Positions 59,832 through 64,000 of a stretch of DNA of 64,000 bases are shown one piece after another. This DNA comes from the human T2T-CHM13v2.0 reference genome, Homo sapiens, in NCBI RefSeq assembly GCF_009914755.1, contig NC_060939.1, one strand, 5' to 3'. The position numbers were made by a program, and so were the translations under genes. The number at the start of each line of letters is the position of its first letter. Positions within the stretch are counted from its first letter, which is position 1. The notes under the pieces are model-generated. The model saw only the letters and a list, made by a program, of their open reading frames with translations. It did no database searches and was not told the origin of the DNA.

Positions 59832-60246
59832 TCATTACACATTGATAAATATATAGGAGTGGAATGGCTGAACCTCACACTGGACATATGTTTTACTTTA
59901 TAAAAAGCTGCCAAATTATCTCCTAAAGTGACCATGTCATTTTACATTCCCAACAGTAATGAAAGAGAATCTTTGTTGCTACACATCTTCAGGAGCACTT
60001 GATATTTTAATTTTTTATTTCTATTCTAATGGCATGTAGTAGTATCCCATTGTAGTTATGTTTTGCATTCCCTTATTAATAACAATAACCATGTTTTCAT
60101 ATGCTTATTTGCCATATGTCTGTCTTCTTTTGAGATGTACGTGCTCAAGATTTTTGCTTGTTTTAAATTGGATTGTTTGTTTTGTATTGTTGAGTTTTAA
60201 GGGTTCTTTATTCATTTTGGATAAAAGCTTGTATAAGATACGTGAC

Positions 60247-60621
60247 TGATATGGTCTGACTGTGTCCCCACCCAAATCTCATTTTGAATTGTAGTTCTCA
60301 TAATCCCTATGTGTTGTGGGAGGGACCTGGCAGAAGGTAGTAGAATCATGGAGGCAGGTTACCCCCATGCTGCTGTTCTCAGATAGTGAGTGAGTTCTCA
60401 TAAAATCTGATGGTTTTATATAGGGCTTTTCTTCCTTTGCTAAGCACTTCTCTCTCCTGCCACCATGTGAAGAACAACATGTTTGTTTGCCTTCTGCCAT
60501 GATTGTAAGTTTCCTGAGGCTTTGCCAGCCTCATGGAACTGTGAGTCAATTAAACCTCTTTCCTGGTAAATTACCCAGCCTCAAGCAGTTCTTTATAGCA
60601 GCAGCAGAACAGACTAATACA
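60247..60621 (+). mobile_element. THE1 (MaLR) solo LTR
   Basis: TGATATGG...GACTAATACA, 375 bp, perfect 5-bp TSD GTGAC. Confidence 0.92.
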
Positions 60622-63501
60622 GTGACTTAATATTTTTCCCTGATTGTTTTAGCTTTTTGCTCTTGTAATGGTTCTTTCACAGAATGAGCATTTTTAGATA
60701 TAACAAAGTCTGCTTTTTCATTTTTTCTTTTATGGATCATGTGTATGGTGTTTTATCTAAAAACTCATCAATGACCCCAAAGTCATACCTAATTTCCCCT
60801 GTTTTATGATAGTATTTTATTGCTGTATACTTTACACTTTTATATGGTCTATTTCAGTCCACTTTTGTAAAAGGTGTAAAATACGCATTAAGTTTCGTTT
60901 TTTTTTTACATGGGGAGATCCCATTATTACATCCCCATTTACAGAATAGATTATACTTTCCCCTTTTCCTCTGCATCTTTTTCAAAATGCAGTTGAATAT
61001 ATTTGTGTGGGTCTATTTCTGGGGTCTGTATTCATTCCATTGGTCTACGTATCTAGTGTTTTAACAATATTTTAACAAAACCACAATATTTTGAGAACTG
61101 TAGCATAATAGTAAGCCTTGTAATCAGTAGTTTATGTCCTCTAACTTTTTTTCAGAAGTGTTTTGACAATTCTAGTTATTTTGTTTTCCATGTAAATTTT
61201 AGAATCTCCTTGGTGATATCTACAAAAAAAAAAAAACTTACAGGAATTTTCATTGTTAATGAAGGAACTCTACAAGCAGAAATGGAAAAGACTGGCATCT
61301 TAACTATATTGAGACTCTGAATTCATAAATATTTCATTCCCCTCTTTTTAAATTTTCTATTTATTGCATTTATATTTTGTAGTTTTCAGCATACAGATCC
61401 TGCACTTCTATTGTTACATTAATACCTAAGCACTTAATTTTTGCTTCTATTTTAAATAGTAATTTAATTTTTTCAACTGTTAATTACTCACACATAGGAA
61501 AATTATTGACATTCTATATTGACCTTTGATAATAAAACACTTAATTTCACGTATTTATTTTAGAAGCTTTTCATAAATACTGTAGACTGTGTATATAAAG
61601 ATTAGTTTTATCAGCAAATAGAGGCAGTTTTACTTCTTCCTTTGCAATATGTATGTTATTTATTTCTTATTCCTGTCTTATTGCACTTTGCAAATTTTCT
61701 AATACAATATCGAATAGGACCTGTCCCCAGTCTTAAGGAAAAATCATTCAGTCATCACCATATAGTATACAGATATAAACATATATCCTAAGTTCTTTTA
61801 TTCCTAATTTTATGAGTTTTGGTCAGAAATAGATGTTGGATTTCATCGAATGCTCTTCCTGCATCTCTTGAGAAGAATATTTTAAAAATATTCTATAGCA
61901 GATTACTTGGATTGGATTTTAATAGTGAATCAGCCTTGTTTTTATTGGACATAATGAATCATCCTACATGGGGAGATGTTCAATTTGATGTCACAATATT
62001 TTGTTGATATTTTTTCATATATGTCCATGACTGATATTTGTCTATAGTCTTCTTTTCTCTCCATATCATTTTTTGGTTTTGGTGTTATTGTAATGCTGGC
62101 CTTATAAAATGAGTTGGGAGTGCTCCCATCTCATCTATTTTCTCTAAAAGATTGTGTACAGTCAAAATTATTTATCCTTCAAATATTTGATAGAAATCAG
62201 TAGTGAAAGAACATGTGACTAGATTTTTTGGTAGGTTTTATTTACAAATGCAATTTCTTAATTAATACAGGACTATTTGTTACCTGTTTCTTCTTCAGTG
62301 AGACTTGGTAGTATGTGTTGTGTCTCTAGAGGAATTTATTTTTTTCATCTCATCTATTAGATTTGTGTGCATAAAATTATTTTTAGCTTTACTTATTTAT
62401 GGTATAGTGTGTATTGATAGCTTGTCTTTCAGTCCTGCTGTTAGTAATCTGTAGTCTCTCTTCTCTTTCCCTTTTTCTCTCTTTGGTTTTGAATTTCACT
62501 TATTTCTGCCCTAATTGTTATTAGCTCCTTTCTTTAGTTCCTTAGATTTAAGTTGTTGTTCTTTCTCTACGTTCCTAAAGAAGAATCTTAGGCTACTGAG
62601 GTGAGATTACTCTTTTCAAAGAACCAACTTTTAGCTACGTTTATTTCTTCTACTGCTTTCCAACCTTCTATTTTATTGATTTATGCTCTAATCTTTATTA
62701 TTTCTTTACTTCTGCTAGCTTCAGATTTAGTTTTCTCTGGTTTTTATACTGCCTTTTAGGTGTAGAGTGAGGTTACTGATTTGAGCTTTTTTTAAATGTA
62801 GTTGTTTATGTCCATACATTTTCCTTCAAACTCTACTTTCACTGCAGTCACTAAGTTTTGGTATGTTTTGTTTTTATTTGTCTTAAGATACTTTATAATT
62901 TCACTTATGATTTATTCTTTCACTGGTAGTTTAAGAGTGTAGTGTTTAATTTCTACATATTTGTGAATTTTTCAGGTTTCATTTTTTATTTATGTTTCCT
63001 CCATTGTGGTTGTAAATTATATTTTGTATGATTTAAAACTTTTGTAAATGATTAGGACATATTTTTGTGGACGAAGATATGACCTATCCTAGAGAAAGTT
63101 CCATATCCACTTAAAAGGAATGTATATTCTGCTGTTTTGGGGTGGACTGTTCTGTATATGTGTATTAGCTCTAAATGGCTTATACTGTTGTTCAAGTCTT
63201 CTATTTCTCATGAAGCTTCTGTCTGGTTTTTCTATCCATTAATTAAAATGAGGTATTGAAGTGTCCAACTACTATTATAGAACTGTGTGCTTATCCTTTC
63301 AATCCTGTTCATTTTTTTTCAGCTTTACTGAGGTATATTTGAGAAATAAATATTGTACATATTCAAAGTTTACAATGTGATGTTTCTATCTACATGCGCA
63401 TTTTGAAATGATTACCAAAATGAAGTCAATTAACATATTAATTACCTCGCATAATAGTTACCTTTTTTGTGTGCATGCATGGGATAAGAATACTTAACCA
63501 T

Positions 63502-64000
63502 AACCCTGCAGAGTGGCCATTCCAGCTGCTCCAGGCTCCTGCAGAGGAGGAGCGGGGCGGGTGGCACCACCAGGGGGGCCCTCAGGCCTGGCGCGCACGC
63601 ATTTCGGAGGCTGCCCAGGCCAAGGTGCAGCTGCCCTCTGCCCTGTGTGTGCAGGTAGCAGCCGCCTGTCAACTCCCGAGCCCGGTCGCGCTGCCAGCGT
63701 CGCAGAACCGGGGTCAGATGTCCCGGCGGCTGCACAGGAGTGAGAACTGAGAACCTGCCGCTCAAAGCCATCACAGGTGACTGCGGAGTCCCCATGCCAG
63801 CAGCTCCTGTCTCCCTGTGGTGGAAGAGCCGGGCGGGATGCGCGGCTTGGGGCTTCTCAGCCTGGGCGCCCTGGCGATCCGCAGGCCTCCCGGGCCAGGC
63901 CCCTCCAGCCCGCCTGGGCACCCAAGCTGCAGCCACCCTCTGTGTGCAGGCAGCAGCCTCTGGGGAACCTCTAAGCCCGCCTGCACTCGTAACATCTCAG
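63502..64000. repeat. CpG-rich diverged repeat (~300 bp period), runs off the window
   Basis: Abrupt AT-to-GC switch. CAAG(G/C)TGCAGC...TGTGTGCAGG(T/C)AGCAGCC...AGCCCG recurs near 63621 and 63923. Confidence 0.6.

Overview
Primate, very probably human, genomic DNA. It is a repeat-rich mosaic of duplicated segments typical of a pericentromeric region; the gene content fits 15q11.1-q11.2, but that placement is inferred from memory, not computed. (1) 1-22.3 kb is immunoglobulin heavy-chain V-region-derived sequence. It holds an inactivated IGHV1-subgroup orphon (octamer promoter, leader, V exon, 23-RSS), heavily decayed IGHV relics and an internal ~1.7 kb duplication. A near-full-length L1PA-type LINE on the minus strand abuts, head-to-head, a processed RNF145 pseudogene copied from an unusually spliced mRNA. 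(2) 22.3-47 kb is transposon-rich (Alu, L1, L2, MER, an LTR8/MER4-group provirus) and contains an orphan KRAB-A exon. (3) 47.3-53 kb is a four-exon unprocessed SPATA31E-family pseudogene. (4) 53-64 kb is old L1, Alu and THE1 sequence ending in a CpG-rich diverged repeat. I see no intact protein-coding gene, no RNA gene, no CRISPR array and no convincing new biological system. The best leads are evolutionary: the RNF145 retrocopy preserves an exon-skipped, intron-extended isoform next to an L1 antisense promoter; the SPATA31E1 N-terminal extension appears here as intron-1 sequence; and a 130-bp perfect-identity island lies inside an otherwise diverged duplication. Comparisons with parent genes and repeat consensus sequences are from recall and need alignment.
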